Origin: Tubiluchus corallicola
Taxonomy: Eukaryota > Animalia > Priapulida
Length of the DNA stretch: 64,000 nucleotides
Direction of reading: 5' to 3'
Assembly: GCA_030141605.1 (NCBI GenBank)
Contig: JAQGDQ010000823.1
Span: forward strand, 27,419-91,418
Part shown: one piece after another, positions 62,199 through 64,000 of the stretch
How positions within the stretch are numbered: position 1 is the first letter of the stretch
Layout: the number at the start of each line of letters is the position of its first letter
Position numbers and translations under genes: made by a program
The notes under the pieces: model-generated
Told to the model about the DNA's origin: nothing
The model's input: the letters and a program-made list of their open reading frames with translations, nothing else
Databases searched by the model: none

Positions 62199-64000
62199 AT
62201 TTGTTTGTTCGTGTGCTTGTCTATCTGTCTCTCTGTTTGTTCATTTGTTTGTTTGTCTGTATAGTCTGTCTGTCTGTTTGTCTATCTGTTTGTATGCGAG
62301 CCCGTTTGTTTGTAATTTCTGTTTCATTTAACTACTAGAGGTCTCTTACGGAGCCTCTGTTCATTTCCATCAGTTTAACATTCCCATAGAGTATCACAGC
62401 TGTTTTGGACCTCCCATTTCAATTATTTCAGTCTTTGTTTTTAACCACAAGAGAGCTCTTGCGCAGCCTCTATTCATTTCCATCAGTTTGACATTCCCCA
62501 TAGAATATAATTTATGCTGTTTCGATGACCCCCCCCCCCATTTCATATATTACAGTCTTCATTTTGTACCACTAGAGGACTCTATTCATTTCCATCAGTT
62601 TAATATTTCCCATAGAATATCATTTGTGCTGTTTCGAAGACCCCCCATTTCATATATTCCCCACTGAATGACCCATTACACGGTTTTGAGTAGGATCACG
62701 TACAGACTCCACTTAACAGCTACTTCGTCATGTTCAAATCTCTTTTCAATCGTATCTACAATAACAATAATGGCATTGTCAGCTACTTCTGCCACAGTAT
62801 GAATCACATACTCTAACTGCTCGCAATCACACATTTATATCTGATATCTCTTTATCGTTGAACATTAACCAATAATTAATCCGACTCTATCACAGTGATA
62901 ATTTTATACACGATTAAAGGGATTAGTTGCTTCCAATGACTCACGCTGTGACAATATGAAAGAGGGGCAAAGAGGGCTGCATAGGAAAATGATAAAAATG
63001 CATTGGTTGAGTAAGAACTTATATCATTTCCATGAATGACAGATTAGCCTGTCTTGTAATTGTGACATTTGAGTGCTGTGCTAACATGCAGTGCTTAATC
63101 TATTTAAGCAACGAAACACCCTATTAAGCTCTGGCTTGTCTAGTAATTGGAAGTTGTGTAGGTGGAGTAGTGGAACGAGGTGTTTTCTTGCCTTTTCATT
63201 TTGGCTTCAAGATTGTGTCGTCGAAGGTCTAAGGCGATGGCTTATCTGGTCAGCTACAAAGGACTCTCACAGCTACCCTGCCTGCTGTTATAATTCACTA
63301 AACGTGATACCCATGCTGGTACTAAAAGTGTGGAGTGGGGCTTCAGTCGTGTTTTTATGGGTTTAAGTTAACAAATTTAGTTCAATTAATGTAATTTTAT
63401 TGCAACAACAGTACGTACAATTGCAACAGGATTTAAAGCTTTCAATGAGCTGTTCCATCACTGACGACGCCCTCGCCTCACAAAACGTAACAAAGTTTTA
63501 TATTATTATGAATCTAGAAGCTATATATTAAAATTAAAACCGTTTTCGTGTGCCGGATGGCTTGTATGGACTACAGAGCAATTGACCGATACGAGTGGCT
63601 GTTATTTTATATTAATGTTCTGATAGTCATTCTGCTTTAGCATCTTAGCAATCATCCTAGCTAAGCACCCAATCTACTCTACTAACAGGAAATGCAATAC
63701 ATATTGTAAAGAAAGGGCTGTGTTCTTAAACCAAATATCAGATATTTTTCCAGAATTCCCATCCACGTGTGATATTGATAAGTTTATATTTTTTAATAAA
63801 AGTTGAGATGTGAAAGCTAAGAAATTGACTAACTATGTGCATAAAATGTCAACAATATGTTGAAATAAATTAAGAGGTACAAATTAATTTCACCTCGAAT
63901 TGATATATGCCATTCAACCAGCACTGTGATATAAATTACGTAGTTGTGTTTGTTATAAATTATGGTATTTTTGTCTTAATGTAGGGATGTATTTCTGTAT
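62199..64000. repeat. Right arm of the long inverted duplication (runs off the window)
   Basis: Near-identical reverse complement of 56680-58479. Confidence 0.95.

Overview
AT-rich, repeat-rich animal (invertebrate) genomic DNA. I reconstructed a complete Plexin-B-type semaphorin receptor gene on the minus strand by hand. It has 29 coding exons from 44803 to 7437, all with GT-AG introns and consistent phases, giving about 1,900 aa: signal peptide, Sema, PSI/IPT, transmembrane helix, and a split GAP with a Rho-binding domain (RBD). The last two exons of a small two-EF-hand gene lie convergently on the plus strand (1433-2592). Introns and the upstream region carry several MITE families, LINE 3' ends, a tRNA-like SINE head and many minisatellites. 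The most unusual observations are four. (1) Three frame-preserving candidate cassette exons sit inside the RBD intron (17616-18264). (2) A ~200-bp inverted copy of the exon 12 donor region lies ~70 nt before the exon 28 acceptor and could fold the pre-mRNA around the TM/GAP exons. (3) A candidate 5'-UTR exon (50748-50951) carries four uORFs, one encoding a hydrophobic 34-aa peptide. (4) A near-identical inverted duplication of at least 1.8 kb runs off the right edge. All splicing claims are predictions from sequence alone and need RNA evidence.
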